Shown here one piece after another: positions 46,879 through 57,951 of a stretch of DNA of 64,000 bases. The notes beneath the pieces were generated by a model that saw only the letters and a program-made list of their open reading frames with translations, was not told the DNA's origin and ran no database searches. Position 1 is the stretch's first letter; each line of letters opens with the position of its first letter. Both the position numbers and the translations under genes were made by a program. This DNA is from Arenicellales bacterium (GTDB lineage: Bacteria > Pseudomonadota > Gammaproteobacteria > Arenicellales > Poriferihabitantaceae), in NCBI GenBank assembly GCA_965231865.1, contig CBDDOJ010000002.1, forward strand, positions 493,837-557,836, read 5' to 3'.

Positions 46879-49242
46879 GTGAATGCAGCGCGTACCAAGG
46901 GGGCTTTAATCGTCTGTGCGGTGATCGCCGCCCTTTTTGTTGTCCTGACCCAATTCAGGGTCTCCACCGACCTCGCGCTGTTCCTGCCTGAACCGGATTC
47001 CAAGTTTGAACGGCTGCTGCGATATCAGCTGGACAATGGGGCCTCCGCAAATATTCTGTTTCTGGCGTTTTCCGGGCCGGACACCGAGACACTGGCGGAC
47101 TTTAACAAAAGTGTGGTGGACCGGCTCGGGCAATCCGGCACATTCAGCACGGTCACGAACAACGCCCGCAGTTTAAGCACCCGTGCACTGGAATTTCTGG
47201 AAAAGCACCGTTACCTGTTGACCCACCATGATCTCACTGAACAGTTTTCGGTTTCCGGGCTCAAGTCTGCATTGCAGGCGCGGCTGGAAGGATTGGCCTC
47301 TTCCTCGGCCGCCGTGGAGAAAAGGTACCTGCGCAATGATCCCACCGGGGAGATGGCCACATTGCTGGAAGAGTGGCAGGGAAAAATAAGCCGGCACAAG
47401 CGCCCGGCTGAAATGTTCGGAGTCTGGTTTTCCGATGACCTGTCGAGGACGCTGATCCTGGTTGAAATTGCTGCGGACATTTCCAGACTGCAGAATCAGA
47501 TCGATGCGGTGATGGAAATCAGGGAGACCTATGAACAGATCAAAATACCGGGACTTGAAATGACCGTGACCGGTCCTGCTGTGTTTGCCGTGGAGAGCGG
47601 CGAGGACATTCGGGAGGACATCAGAAGATTGACGCTGATGGCGGTCTCCATGGTGCTGCTGTTTTTATGGATGGTTTACCGGTCCGTGCGCCCCCTGGCC
47701 CTGATCGCCTGTACGCTGGTTTCCGGCGTGATCGTGGCCACCGCAACCATACTGCTTGTCCATGGCCGGATTCATGGGATTACGCTGGCATTCGGAATCA
47801 CCCTGGCCGGGGTTGCCGTGGATTATCCCATCCACCTGCTGACCGGCTTCCGGGGCAAAAGAAAAGACCGCCAAAACCGGATCAGAAAAATATGGCGCAC
47901 CCTCCGGCTGGGGGTGTTGTCCACGGTCATTGCATACGCGGCATTCCTGCTTTCCGGATTCGGCGGTCTGCAGCAACTCGGCTGGTTCACCATTGTCGGG
48001 CTGGTTACGGCAGCGGCTTTTGCACGATGGGTGTTGCCGTTCCTGGATCACCACGAGGAAAATCCCAGGCAGGGACTGTCCGGGTTGCACCGTTTTTTGA
48101 AACAAGTTGGCCAGCGTGCAAAAAAATTGAAATGGGTGGTTGTCGGCAGTTTTGTCCTGGCCATGGCAGGCATGATGGTTTCCGGTCAACCGATTTTGCA
48201 TCTGAACGTGGATTCCCTCAGCCCCATAAAGGATCAACGCCGGGCAGACGGTAAACTTTTAAGGGATGACCTGGGGTTCTGGTACGGTGGGAGCATGGTG
48301 GTGGTTGTGGCGCCCGACAAGGACAAAGTGTTACAGGAAAGCGAAAAACTGCAGGTTCACCTCGACCGCCTGGTGGAACAGGATGTGATGGAAAGCTATG
48401 ACATGGCGGCGCACTTTTTGCCGAGCCAAAAAATGCAAATGTCCAGAAAATCACAAATTGTGGATGAGCAGACCCTGCGCCGCCGCCTGGAGGAAGCCAT
48501 GGAGGATTTTCCCTTTCGCCCAGGTGTTTTCGAGCCTTTTCTGGAGGAAGTGGCCGGGACTGCCCGGATGGCGCTGGTGGAGCCGGACACCCTGGATGGG
48601 ACGGCCATGGACAAAAAGCTGGCCCCTCTCCTGTTTGATTTCGAAGGGGAGGCCGGGGGAGTGGTCCTGTTGCATGATGTCCGGGACAGTGCCGGGGTGC
48701 AGGCCTTCGCCGACCAGCATGACGGCGTGTACTACATGCACCTCAAAACCGCGTCAACCGATATGGTCGCCCGCAGCGTGGACCGGGTATCCAAAGCGAT
48801 GATCCTGTGCGTCATCCTGATTTACCTGGCTCTTTCCCTGTCTTTCAGAAACATGAAACGCCCCCTGAAAATCATGGTGCCGGCGTTTGCCGCGGCGGTG
48901 GTGACCGCGGCCGTGCTGGTTTTTTCCGGGAATCCATTGAGCGTATTTCATCTGGTTTCATTGTTGCTAGTCGTTGGGCTGGGCCTGGACTATGCCCTGT
49001 TCTTTAACCGGTTGCCGGAAAACCGGGACGAATGGGATACGACTTTCCGGTCTCTTTGGGTATGCGGCGTCACCACAGTCCTGGTCTTTGGCATTCTGAT
49101 GTTCTCCCAGGCCCCCCCACTGGAAGCGATCGGCCTCACCGTGGGGATTGGCGCATTCCTGAGCATCGTTTTTGCCGCGATGTGGGCGGCCACCCCGGGA
49201 CCGGGAAATCTGCCGCACCGCCGCCGGAAGCGATCCGGTTGA
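46879..49242 (+). CDS. MMPL/RND-superfamily exporter
   Basis: 787 aa with two blocks of about 6 TM helices separated by soluble domains. Confidence 0.8.
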   Translation: MNAARTKGALIVCAVIAALFVVLTQFRVSTDLALFLPEPDSKFERLLRYQLDNGASANILFLAFSGPDTETLADFNKSVVDRLGQSGTFSTVTNNARSLSTRALEFLEKHRYLLTHHDLTEQFSVSGLKSALQARLEGLASSSAAVEKRYLRNDPTGEMATLLEEWQGKISRHKRPAEMFGVWFSDDLSRTLILVEIAADISRLQNQIDAVMEIRETYEQIKIPGLEMTVTGPAVFAVESGEDIREDIRRLTLMAVSMVLLFLWMVYRSVRPLALIACTLVSGVIVATATILLVHGRIHGITLAFGITLAGVAVDYPIHLLTGFRGKRKDRQNRIRKIWRTLRLGVLSTVIAYAAFLLSGFGGLQQLGWFTIVGLVTAAAFARWVLPFLDHHEENPRQGLSGLHRFLKQVGQRAKKLKWVVVGSFVLAMAGMMVSGQPILHLNVDSLSPIKDQRRADGKLLRDDLGFWYGGSMVVVVAPDKDKVLQESEKLQVHLDRLVEQDVMESYDMAAHFLPSQKMQMSRKSQIVDEQTLRRRLEEAMEDFPFRPGVFEPFLEEVAGTARMALVEPDTLDGTAMDKKLAPLLFDFEGEAGGVVLLHDVRDSAGVQAFADQHDGVYYMHLKTASTDMVARSVDRVSKAMILCVILIYLALSLSFRNMKRPLKIMVPAFAAAVVTAAVLVFSGNPLSVFHLVSLLLVVGLGLDYALFFNRLPENRDEWDTTFRSLWVCGVTTVLVFGILMFSQAPPLEAIGLTVGIGAFLSIVFAAMWAATPGPGNLPHRRRKRSG

Positions 49243-49382
49243 ATTGAGCACGGCAGGGTCGACGTTGAAAACCGCCCCGGGGGGGTGGTTCTGGGGTAAA
49301 ATAATCCCCACTTTCCTTGTCTGCACACATCGGACTGTTTGATTCAGAAATTCCGAAACGCATAGATCCCGGGGTCAAGAAG

Positions 49383-50858
49383 ATGGCGCGAATAGCCGTG
49401 GGCGGCTGGCAACACGAAACCAATACGTTCGCAACGATCAGGGCGGAATACGACTCGTTCGTCTGTGCCGATGAATGGCCCGCCATGACTGCGGGCCCGG
49501 CCATGCTGGATGCGGTGAGGGACATCCACCTGCCGGTGGCCGGGGCAATCCAGGCATTGGAGGAAGCGCAGCACCGGATTGCGCCGTTGCTGTGGTGTTC
49601 CGCCACACCGTGTTCGTATGTAACGGAAGATGCATTTGAAAGAATCTGCGAAAAGATGCTGGGCCTTCTCGAGCAGGCACTCCCCGTGGACGGGATTTAC
49701 CTTGACCTGCATGGCGCCATGGTATGCGAGCATCTCCAGGACGGTGAGGGCGAATTCCTGTCCCGGGTGACCCGCCTGGTGGGCCGTGATGTCCCGATAT
49801 TCGTCAGTCTTGACCTGCATGCAAATGTGACGCCCCGGATGGTGGACAATGCAACGGTGATCGATATTTTCCGTACCTACCCCCATGTTGACATGGGATT
49901 GACGGGGTACCGGGTAGCGAAATATTTATGTGATTACCTGGACAATCCCCGCCCAATCTTCAAATCTTTCCGGCAGATTGATTTTCTCATTCCCCTGAAT
50001 ACCGGGTGCACGCTGATCGAACCCTGCCAGTCCATTTACAGCGCGTTGTCGCAATCGACCTCTTCCCGTGTACCGTCCCTTTCGTTTGCCTGTGGATTCC
50101 ATCTTTCGGATATCCATGATGCGGGCCCCGCGGTCGTGGGGTATGGTCATCACCAGGAAGAGGTCGACCAGGTTGTGGACAGGCTGGTTGCCCGGATCCG
50201 GAAGGAGCAGCCGAATTTTTCAGAAAAAATCTGGGCCGCAGACGAAGGCATTGAGGAAGCCATGGCATTCATTTCCAGCCATGGCGGAACGGTGGTGATG
50301 GCGGACACCCAGGACAATCCCGGGGGCGGTGGAGCCGGCAATACCATTGGCATATTGCGGGCCATGATGGAACACACTGTGCAAAATGCCGTCATCGGGG
50401 TGATCAATAACGAAGCGGTGGCCGCCGCGGCCCATGAATCCGGGATTGGGAGCTCCATCGAAATAAGCATCGATGACCAGACCGGCCAGGCACCCCTGCA
50501 TGCACACGGCCGTGTGAAAAATTTGAGTGACGGACGATTTACCGCCACCGGGCCCATGTACCGGGGAGCGAACATGGAGATGGGCCTGACCGCGTTGCTC
50601 GACCTGTCCGGTATTCAGGCAATTTTCTGCTCAAAACCCATACAGGCCGCTGATCAGGCGCATTTCCGGCATCTCGGCATTGAACCGGAAACCATGGACC
50701 TGGTGGTGGTGAAGAGTTCGGTCCATTTCAGGAATGATTTCGAGGCCCTGGCGAGTCGCATCATGATTGTCGCCTCTCCCGGCGAGGTGTATGCCGACCC
50801 GGCCTCCCTGGACTATAAAAATTTGCGGCCCGCCATGGAAATCACCCCAATGCGTTGA
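49383..50858 (+). CDS. M81-family (MlrC-like) metallopeptidase
   Basis: The start is an internal ATG. MARIAVGGWQHETNTFA, DGIYLDLHGAM and DNPGGGG are present. Confidence 0.75.
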   Translation: MARIAVGGWQHETNTFATIRAEYDSFVCADEWPAMTAGPAMLDAVRDIHLPVAGAIQALEEAQHRIAPLLWCSATPCSYVTEDAFERICEKMLGLLEQALPVDGIYLDLHGAMVCEHLQDGEGEFLSRVTRLVGRDVPIFVSLDLHANVTPRMVDNATVIDIFRTYPHVDMGLTGYRVAKYLCDYLDNPRPIFKSFRQIDFLIPLNTGCTLIEPCQSIYSALSQSTSSRVPSLSFACGFHLSDIHDAGPAVVGYGHHQEEVDQVVDRLVARIRKEQPNFSEKIWAADEGIEEAMAFISSHGGTVVMADTQDNPGGGGAGNTIGILRAMMEHTVQNAVIGVINNEAVAAAAHESGIGSSIEISIDDQTGQAPLHAHGRVKNLSDGRFTATGPMYRGANMEMGLTALLDLSGIQAIFCSKPIQAADQAHFRHLGIEPETMDLVVVKSSVHFRNDFEALASRIMIVASPGEVYADPASLDYKNLRPAMEITPMR

Positions 50859-50891
50859 ATCATCAAATGCCTGAACGGATGGTATCCCGGT

Positions 50892-52454
50892 ATGAATTCC
50901 AAATCAAAACAGCACAACATTGTGGTGGTCATGGCGGATCAGCTCACTGCCAGGGCCCTGGGCTGTTACGGCAACACGGAAGTCTTCAGTCCGAATATTG
51001 ACCGGCTGGCTCACCAGGGCGTGCTGTTCGAGAATGCCTACAGCAGCAGCCCCCTGTGTACGCCGGCTCGATATGCCTTCATGACCGGACAGAATATTTC
51101 GCGTTGCGCCGGGTATGACAATGCCGCCTATCTGCCCGCCACCATGCCGACCTTTGCACACTACCTGCGGTTGATGGGGTACCGCACCGTGTTGTCCGGC
51201 AAGATGCACTTCGTCGGCCCGGATCAATTGCATGGGTTCGAGGAAAGGCTGACCACGGACATCTATCCTGCGGATTTTGGCTGGGTGCCGGATTGGAGGA
51301 ATCCGGATGAACGCATTGATTTGTGGTACCACAACATGTCCAGCGTTGCCCAGGCAGGGGTCGCGGCCATCACCAATCAGCTGGCGTACGATGACGAGGT
51401 CGGGCATCAGGCCCGGCATGCCATTTATGATCATGCCCGCGGTGAAGACCCGAGATCACTCTGCCTGGTGGCGAGTTTTATCCACCCCCATGATCCCTAT
51501 GCAACCAGACAGAAATACTGGGACCTCTACGACCAGGTGGACATTTCACTGCCCACGGTGCCCAGACCGGAGGCGGATCAACGGGACCCCCACAACCGGC
51601 GACTTGAAAAGGTGATCGACCTGGATGCCATCCCGATCAGCGACGAAGACATTATCCATGCACGACGGGCGTATTATGGCAATGTTTCCTATGTGGACGA
51701 GTGGCTCGGCCGATTGCGGGACACCCTTGAAGAGTGCGGTATGGCCGGGAATACCACCCTCATTGTGACCTCGGATCATGGCGATATGCTCGGAGAGTTC
51801 GGCCTGTGGTACAAGATGTCATTCCGGGAATGGTCCTGCCGTATCCCCACGATCATTTACAATCCATCCACCATGGTGCCGCACCGGGTTCCCCAGGCGG
51901 TGGCCCATGTGGATATTTTACCTACCCTGATGGATATTGCCGCCGAGGAAACCGGCGCGGAAAAACCACCGCCCATCGATCCGCTGGATGGCCGATCGCT
52001 GTGGTCATTGTGCAAGGGCGAGGACCCTGGGGACCCGGACCGGGCCGTGAGTGAATATCTGGCGGAAGGTACGGGGGCGCCGATGCTGATGATTCGGCAC
52101 GGCCGTTACAAGTACAATTGTTGCCCTACGGACCCGGAACAGTTGTTCGACCTTCACAACGACCCCGATGAACGGGTGAACCTTGCCGGGCAGGCGGATC
52201 ATGCCGCCGTACTGGAGAGTTTTCGGAAGGATGCCGAAGAACACTGGGATGTTGACCGGGTACGGGAAGAGGTGATGACAGACCAGGCACGGCGCCGCGC
52301 CGTTTACGGTGCATTGCGGACCGGACGTTATCAGGGTTGGGACTACAATCCCGCACGGGACCCGTCGGAACAGTACACGCGAAGTCACATGGACCTGACC
52401 CGCTTCGACATCCTGTCCAGGTTTCCCCGGCCGAAGCCGTTCAGGCCTGGATAA
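50892..52454 (+). CDS. betC: choline-sulfatase
   Basis: 520 aa with SSSPLCTPARYAFMTGQ, GKMHFVGPDQLHGFEERLTTDIYPADFGWVPDW and SDHGDMLGEFGLWYKM, closely following the rhizobial BetC pattern. Confidence 0.85.
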   Translation: MNSKSKQHNIVVVMADQLTARALGCYGNTEVFSPNIDRLAHQGVLFENAYSSSPLCTPARYAFMTGQNISRCAGYDNAAYLPATMPTFAHYLRLMGYRTVLSGKMHFVGPDQLHGFEERLTTDIYPADFGWVPDWRNPDERIDLWYHNMSSVAQAGVAAITNQLAYDDEVGHQARHAIYDHARGEDPRSLCLVASFIHPHDPYATRQKYWDLYDQVDISLPTVPRPEADQRDPHNRRLEKVIDLDAIPISDEDIIHARRAYYGNVSYVDEWLGRLRDTLEECGMAGNTTLIVTSDHGDMLGEFGLWYKMSFREWSCRIPTIIYNPSTMVPHRVPQAVAHVDILPTLMDIAAEETGAEKPPPIDPLDGRSLWSLCKGEDPGDPDRAVSEYLAEGTGAPMLMIRHGRYKYNCCPTDPEQLFDLHNDPDERVNLAGQADHAAVLESFRKDAEEHWDVDRVREEVMTDQARRRAVYGALRTGRYQGWDYNPARDPSEQYTRSHMDLTRFDILSRFPRPKPFRPG

Positions 52455-52467
52455 AATACCGGGTCAT

Positions 52468-53112
52468 CTAGATCCAGTATGCGGTGCGGGTCATCGTCCG
52501 GGAAGCGAACTTCATCCATTGTTTCACGGGTTTGGGCAGCTCCGCGGCACCCGCTTCCCGGGCCTGCTCGGCATGGTGGCTTTCGTCCCGTTGCATCTGG
52601 TCCAGGACCTTCCTGCTGCGCAAATCATTCTCAGGCAGTTCCCCAAGATGGTCTTCCAGGTGATCCACGACCTGTTTTTCGGTTTCGGCGACGAAACCGA
52701 GATTCCACTTGTCGCCGGCAATGCCCGCAACCGTTCCGATGGCGAACGAGCCGGCATACCACAGGGGATTGAGCCGGCTTTTCCGTCCCCCCAGTTCATT
52801 GATCCGCCTCTCGCACCAGGCAAGATGCTCCTTTTCCTCATTGGCGGACTGTTGCATCTGCTCACGGGTCGCCGGGTCCCGGGCAGTGATGGCCTGGCTT
52901 TGATACAGGGCCTGGGCACAGATTTCACCGACATGGTTGACCCGCATCAACTTGGCGGAATGGCGTTGTTGACGGCTTGACAGTTCTCCTTCGGGAACAT
53001 TTTCTCCAGGGTAGCGGCGTCCCCCGGGGGGTTGACCGGCGAACAGGGTATCCAGGGCATCATTGAGGCAAATCAAAACTTTATCGGTTGGACTGTATGA
53101 CCGTTCATTCAT
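52468..53112 (-). CDS. coq7: demethoxyubiquinone hydroxylase Coq7
   Basis: 214 aa di-iron protein with [26 protein letters not shown] and DESHHAEQA. Confidence 0.9.
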   Translation of the reverse strand: MNERSYSPTDKVLICLNDALDTLFAGQPPGGRRYPGENVPEGELSSRQQRHSAKLMRVNHVGEICAQALYQSQAITARDPATREQMQQSANEEKEHLAWCERRINELGGRKSRLNPLWYAGSFAIGTVAGIAGDKWNLGFVAETEKQVVDHLEDHLGELPENDLRSRKVLDQMQRDESHHAEQAREAGAAELPKPVKQWMKFASRTMTRTAYWI

Positions 53113-53327
53113 TGGCTATAATCGTAGTGGACCGTTTCACAAGGGTCCCATATTACACCAGAAATGACGCGATTTCCCTCACCCTGTAAGCCGGCACCGG
53201 CCCAATCCCCTGGAATCGTCCTTGCACGGGAAAAGATGGTAGACTTGAACCCGGCAGTCGGGTACAGGCCGGGCAGATTTTCCGGGTTCCGGTACCCCGG
53301 ACCCATCCATCAATATTCTGGCGTTGA

Positions 53328-54788
53328 GTGACCGTGAACGACCCGTCTTTCGTCAAATTGTTCCGTAGCGTACTGCCTGCCAAAGCAATCATTTCTGACC
53401 GGACCGCTCTTCGGGTCTATGAATGTGACGGGTTGAGCGCCTATCGCCAGATACCCAGGCTGGTGGTGTTGCCCGAGTCCATTGCCCAGGTACAGGCGGT
53501 CATGGCACTGTGCCAGGAGCATGCCATTCCGATCGTCGGTCGGGGCGGGGGCACCGGCCTGTCAGGGGGTGCATTGCCCCACAGGGATGGCATTGTCCTG
53601 AGCCTGGCAAGAATGAACCGGGTACTTGACATCAACCGGTTGAACCGGACAGCAAGAGTCCAGCCCGGTGTGCGGAACCTGGCAATTTCCGAAGCGGTAA
53701 AACACCTGGGCCTGTATTTCGCACCCGACCCGTCCTCCCAGATAGCCTGTACCATCGGTGGAAACGTTGCAGAAAATGCAGGGGGGGTGCACTGCCTGAA
53801 GTATGGTCTTACCCTGCATAATATTCTCGGCCTGAAGGTGGTCACCCTGGAAGGAGGGTTGGTTGACCTTGGCGGTGTGGGCCTGGATTCCCCGGGATTC
53901 AACCTGCTTGCACTGATGATTGGATCCGAAGGAATGCTGGGAATCGTGGTGGAGGTGACCGTTAAGCTGCTTCCCATCCCAAAGTCGGCAAAAGTCATCA
54001 TGGGGGTGTTTGATTCGGTGAAATGTGCCGGGGACAGCGTTGCCACGATTATTGGCAAGGGGATTATTCCTGCGGGCATTGAAATGATGGACAATCCGGC
54101 CATTCGTGCTGCCGAGGATTTCGTCCAGGCCGGCTACCCGGTGGATGCCCAGGCGATGCTGCTGTGTGAACTCGACGGGACGGAGGAGGAAGTGGATGAC
54201 CAGATCCGGCTTGTCCGGGAGATTTTCAGTGAAAACGGTGCGATAGAAAGCCGGCTTGCCCGGAACGAAGAGGAAAAGGCCCTGTTCTGGTCGGGTCGCA
54301 AGGCCGCCTTCCCGGCGGTGGGCAGAATCTCCCCAGACTACTATTGTATCGATGGCACCATACCGCGGAAATCCCTCGGCGGGGTGCTGACTGAAATTTA
54401 CCGGTTGTCAGAACAATACGGACTGCGGGTTGCCAATGTCTTCCATGCGGGAGACGGCAATCTGCACCCGCTGATTCTGTATGATGCCAACCTTCCCGGG
54501 GAACTCGAAAAAACCGAAGAACTGGGAAGCCGGATCCTGGAATTGTGCATCGGTGTCGGCGGCACCATTACCGGCGAACATGGGGTGGGCGTTGAAAAGA
54601 TCGGGGAAATGTGCGTGCAGTTCAATGATGCGGAGAGGGGCCAGTTTCACGAAGTGCGGGAATGTTTTGATCCAAAGAAACTGCTCAACCCGGGCAAGGC
54701 GATTCCCACCCTGGCGCGTTGTGCCGAACACAATGCCATGCATGTTCACCATGGTGAACTGCCCTTTCCGGACCTGGAGAGGTTCTGA
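53328..54788 (+). CDS. glcD: glycolate oxidase FAD-linked subunit GlcD
   Basis: 486 aa with GRGGGTGLSGGALP and ITGEHGVGVEK. Confidence 0.9.
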   Translation: MTVNDPSFVKLFRSVLPAKAIISDRTALRVYECDGLSAYRQIPRLVVLPESIAQVQAVMALCQEHAIPIVGRGGGTGLSGGALPHRDGIVLSLARMNRVLDINRLNRTARVQPGVRNLAISEAVKHLGLYFAPDPSSQIACTIGGNVAENAGGVHCLKYGLTLHNILGLKVVTLEGGLVDLGGVGLDSPGFNLLALMIGSEGMLGIVVEVTVKLLPIPKSAKVIMGVFDSVKCAGDSVATIIGKGIIPAGIEMMDNPAIRAAEDFVQAGYPVDAQAMLLCELDGTEEEVDDQIRLVREIFSENGAIESRLARNEEEKALFWSGRKAAFPAVGRISPDYYCIDGTIPRKSLGGVLTEIYRLSEQYGLRVANVFHAGDGNLHPLILYDANLPGELEKTEELGSRILELCIGVGGTITGEHGVGVEKIGEMCVQFNDAERGQFHEVRECFDPKKLLNPGKAIPTLARCAEHNAMHVHHGELPFPDLERF

Positions 54789-55852
54789 TGGCTGAAGAGA
54801 CCGAATTGCGGCTGGTAGAGCAGGTGAGGGAGGCCGGGGAAACCCGCCGTCCCCTGGCCATTGCCGGGGGAAACACGAAGTCATTCTATGGCCGGGAAAT
54901 CACCGGGACGCCGCTTGAGGTCACGGCTCACCGGGGGGTGGTCGAATACCAGCCCACGGAGCTGGTCATGACGGTCAAGGCCGGTACCCCGATCGAGGAG
55001 ATCAACCGGGAACTGGGGCAACACAACCAGATGCTGGGGTTTGATCCTCCCCGGTTTTCCCCGGGCGCAACGGTGGGAGGCGCTGTGGCAGCCGGGCTGG
55101 CGGGGCCGGGTCGGCCCTTTTACGGATCGGTGGGGGATTTCATTCTTGGCATCAAGCTTTTGAATGGCAAGGCCGAGGTGCTGGGGTTTGGTGGCCAGGT
55201 CATTAAAAATGTTGCGGGATTTGATCTTTCCAGGTTGATGGTGGGGGCACTGGGGTGTCTGGGGGTGCTTCTGGAAGTGTCCATCAAGGTGATCCCAAGG
55301 CCCGAACACGAGATCACCCTGGTGCTTGAGCATACGGACCAGGACGATGCAATCCTGGCCATGAACCGGCTGGCGGGCATGCCCGTGCCCATTACATCGG
55401 CCAGCTGGTTTGATGGATTGACCCGAATTCGACTGTCCGGGAGCCGACCGGGCGTAGAGGCTGCGAAATCTGAAATCGGGGGTCAGCAGGATGGGAATGG
55501 CCAGGCATTCTGGACGGGCATCCGCGACCAGACCCATGAGTTTTTTCAAAATGACCAATGGCTTCACAGGGCCTCGGTGGCGAGTGACTCCCGGGCATTT
55601 TGCAAGGAATGGCCGCAGCTGGTTGATTGGGGCGGGGCCCTGCGCTGGGGTTGTTTCCCGGAGGACCACCGGGAATTTTCCCGGGAAGCAAGCAATGCGG
55701 GGGGGCACTGCTGCCATTTCCGCAACGGCAACCGGGCCGGTGAAGTCTTTGCCCCCCCGGGGGCCGGGAAAATGGGCCTTCATCAAAGGCTCAAAACTGC
55801 ATTCGACCCCGCGCAGGTTCTCAATCCTGGGCGGCTGTACGCTGAAATCTAG
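54788..55852 (+). CDS. glcE: glycolate oxidase FAD-binding subunit GlcE
   Basis: 354 aa with a TGATG junction to glcD. VKNVAGFDLSRLMVGALGCLGVLLEVSIK is present. Confidence 0.85.
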   Translation: MAEETELRLVEQVREAGETRRPLAIAGGNTKSFYGREITGTPLEVTAHRGVVEYQPTELVMTVKAGTPIEEINRELGQHNQMLGFDPPRFSPGATVGGAVAAGLAGPGRPFYGSVGDFILGIKLLNGKAEVLGFGGQVIKNVAGFDLSRLMVGALGCLGVLLEVSIKVIPRPEHEITLVLEHTDQDDAILAMNRLAGMPVPITSASWFDGLTRIRLSGSRPGVEAAKSEIGGQQDGNGQAFWTGIRDQTHEFFQNDQWLHRASVASDSRAFCKEWPQLVDWGGALRWGCFPEDHREFSREASNAGGHCCHFRNGNRAGEVFAPPGAGKMGLHQRLKTAFDPAQVLNPGRLYAEI

Positions 55853-55854
55853 TC

Positions 55855-57066
55855 ATGCAGACCTTTCTGGACCCTGAATATGCCCGTTCACCCGTGGGAA
55901 AAGAAGCGGACGCTATTCTGCGAAAATGCGTTCATTGCGGCTTGTGCAATGCAACCTGCCCCACGTACCAGCTGCTGGGGGATGAACTGGACGGGCCAAG
56001 AGGCCGGATTTACCTGATCAAGCAGTTGCTGGAAGGGGAGGAACCGGGGGATCAGATCCCGTTGCATCTGGACCGCTGCCTGACCTGCCGAAACTGTGAG
56101 ACCGCCTGTCCCTCCGGCGTTGAATATTCCAGGCTCCTGGGAATCGGGCGTGAGACCCTGAGCCAGGGCCATTCCCGCCGGTCTGTCTGGCACTGGATTC
56201 ACAGGGGGCTGGCAGGGGTCATTGCAAATCCCGTGCTTTTCGGGTGGTTTCTCAGGACCGGCGGACTGTTCAGGCCGCTGATGCCGAAGTTCCTGAAATC
56301 CAGGGTCCCCGTGCCCGGTATTTCCAGATACCGCCATACTGAAGGGGCCGCCCATCCAAGGAAAATGATTGCGCTTAGCGGCTGCGTACAGGGCACGCTG
56401 GCACCGGATACCAACCGGGCAACGGCACGGGTGCTGGACAGGCTGGGCATTTCGTTGGTGGAAGTGCCGGGGGCCGGGTGCTGTGGTTCGCTGGATTTGC
56501 ACACGACCAGTGAAGACCGGGCAAGGGCAAGAGCCCGGGTTTTAATCGATCACTGGTTTCCGTACCTGGACCAGGGAGTGGAAGGGTTCGTGATGACGGC
56601 AAGCGGGTGCGGCGTCACGATCAGGGAATATCCCCACCTGTTCAGGGAGGATGCACAGTACCGTGAAAAAGCAACCCAAATATCCCGGCGGACATTCGAT
56701 CTTTGCGAGATACTGGAAAAGGAGATCGACGATGGCTATGCCATGGATGCAACGCCCAGAAAAGTGGCGTTTCATTCTCCCTGCACCCTGCAGCATGGTC
56801 AAAAACTGAAGGGCAGGGTGGAAGCGATCCTTGAAAAAGCGGGGCATGAACTCGTCGAGGTCCCCGACTCTCACACATGCTGTGGTTCTGCCGGCGTTTA
56901 TTCATTGTTCCATCCGGTTATTTCAGATCAACTCCGGGAAAAGAAACTGCAGAATTTGCGGAAGAACCAGCCGGATGTCATTTGTACGGCGAATGTGGGC
57001 TGTCAGTCACATCTTGCCCTGGGTGGTGGCCAGCCGGTCATGCATTGGGTTGAATTGCTGGTCTGA
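55855..57066 (+). CDS. glcF: glycolate oxidase iron-sulfur subunit GlcF
   Basis: 403 aa with CVHCGLCNATCPTY, CLTCRNCETACPSGV and two CCG domains. Confidence 0.9.
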   Translation: MQTFLDPEYARSPVGKEADAILRKCVHCGLCNATCPTYQLLGDELDGPRGRIYLIKQLLEGEEPGDQIPLHLDRCLTCRNCETACPSGVEYSRLLGIGRETLSQGHSRRSVWHWIHRGLAGVIANPVLFGWFLRTGGLFRPLMPKFLKSRVPVPGISRYRHTEGAAHPRKMIALSGCVQGTLAPDTNRATARVLDRLGISLVEVPGAGCCGSLDLHTTSEDRARARARVLIDHWFPYLDQGVEGFVMTASGCGVTIREYPHLFREDAQYREKATQISRRTFDLCEILEKEIDDGYAMDATPRKVAFHSPCTLQHGQKLKGRVEAILEKAGHELVEVPDSHTCCGSAGVYSLFHPVISDQLREKKLQNLRKNQPDVICTANVGCQSHLALGGGQPVMHWVELLV

Positions 57067-57165
57067 TCCAATGGTTGTTGATCTGTTTCCAGTCGGACCA
57101 CGGTACTATGGTGTCCAGTATCAACCTGCAGATCACACAAGTTTATTCGAACCCGGGATTGCGCG

Positions 57166-57921
57166 ATGCAAGACAGGTATGTAGGGGACGTTGGAGACTT
57201 TGCAAAGTTCGGACTGCTGCGTGCAATCAGTGAAGGGAAACGCCTGGGTGTTGCATGGTATCTTCACCCCAATGCAGGTCCGCCCGGAGATGGCCAGCAC
57301 ACGGAATATCTGACGAGGGATAAAGAGTTCCGGCATCTTGACGAGAAGCTTTTTGATGTATTGAAACAATTGCGCAACCGCAATGAGCTATCTGTCGTGG
57401 CGGTGAAGAAAAGCGGTATTTTGGGAAGGGCTGTTTTTGCAGAGGACCCATTGAAAACAGCGGAAATCAAAGTAAAGGATCGAACCGCTTGGCGACATCA
57501 GTGATTTGTGCGGGTCCAGGATCAACTGTCTGGCTGCGAGCTTGTTTTCGCGGACCCTGACAATGGTCTTTTCCCTGACGACCGATTCAAACCGACTCGA
57601 AAGGAAAGTGCCAGGAGAATCCCGCTCAAAGAAGCGATGGCTCTGGCAGAAGAGCGTCCAGCTGTCTTTTATCATCACAACACCAGGTTTCCTGGTGGGC
57701 ATCATCAGGAAATCAGAAACTGGATGTCCCGGTTGCCGGGCTGTTCTCATGCATTCTACTGGCGGCGCTGGAGCAATCGGACGTTCTTTATAGTCAATGC
57801 GGATGATGAAATGAGAAGCAGATTGGAAAACCTCGCAAAACGTTGGAGTAGTTGCGGAAAGTTGTTGGAGGCAAAGAACCCGGTAATTGAACCGGAAAGT
57901 GCGCCCGTACACCTTCTATGA
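57166..57921 (+). pseudogene. uncharacterised ~251-codon reading frame interrupted by one in-frame TGA
   Basis: ORFs 57166..57504 and 57508..57921 are in the same frame, separated only by the TGA at 57502-57504. The N-terminal motif is YVGDVGDFAKFGLLR and the central motif is LVFADPDNGL. Confidence 0.6.
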
Positions 57922-57951
57922 CACCATGATCAGAGATGCTACAGTCCCTGT

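Noticed and set aside
54881-55786. 301-aa minus-strand ORF
   Set aside because: It is antisense to glcE. This is a shadow ORF.
57502-57504. In-frame TGA read as selenocysteine
   Set aside because: No obvious SECIS-like stem-loop lies immediately downstream, and the surrounding sequence has no redox-type Cys motif. A nonsense mutation or a sequencing error is more likely.
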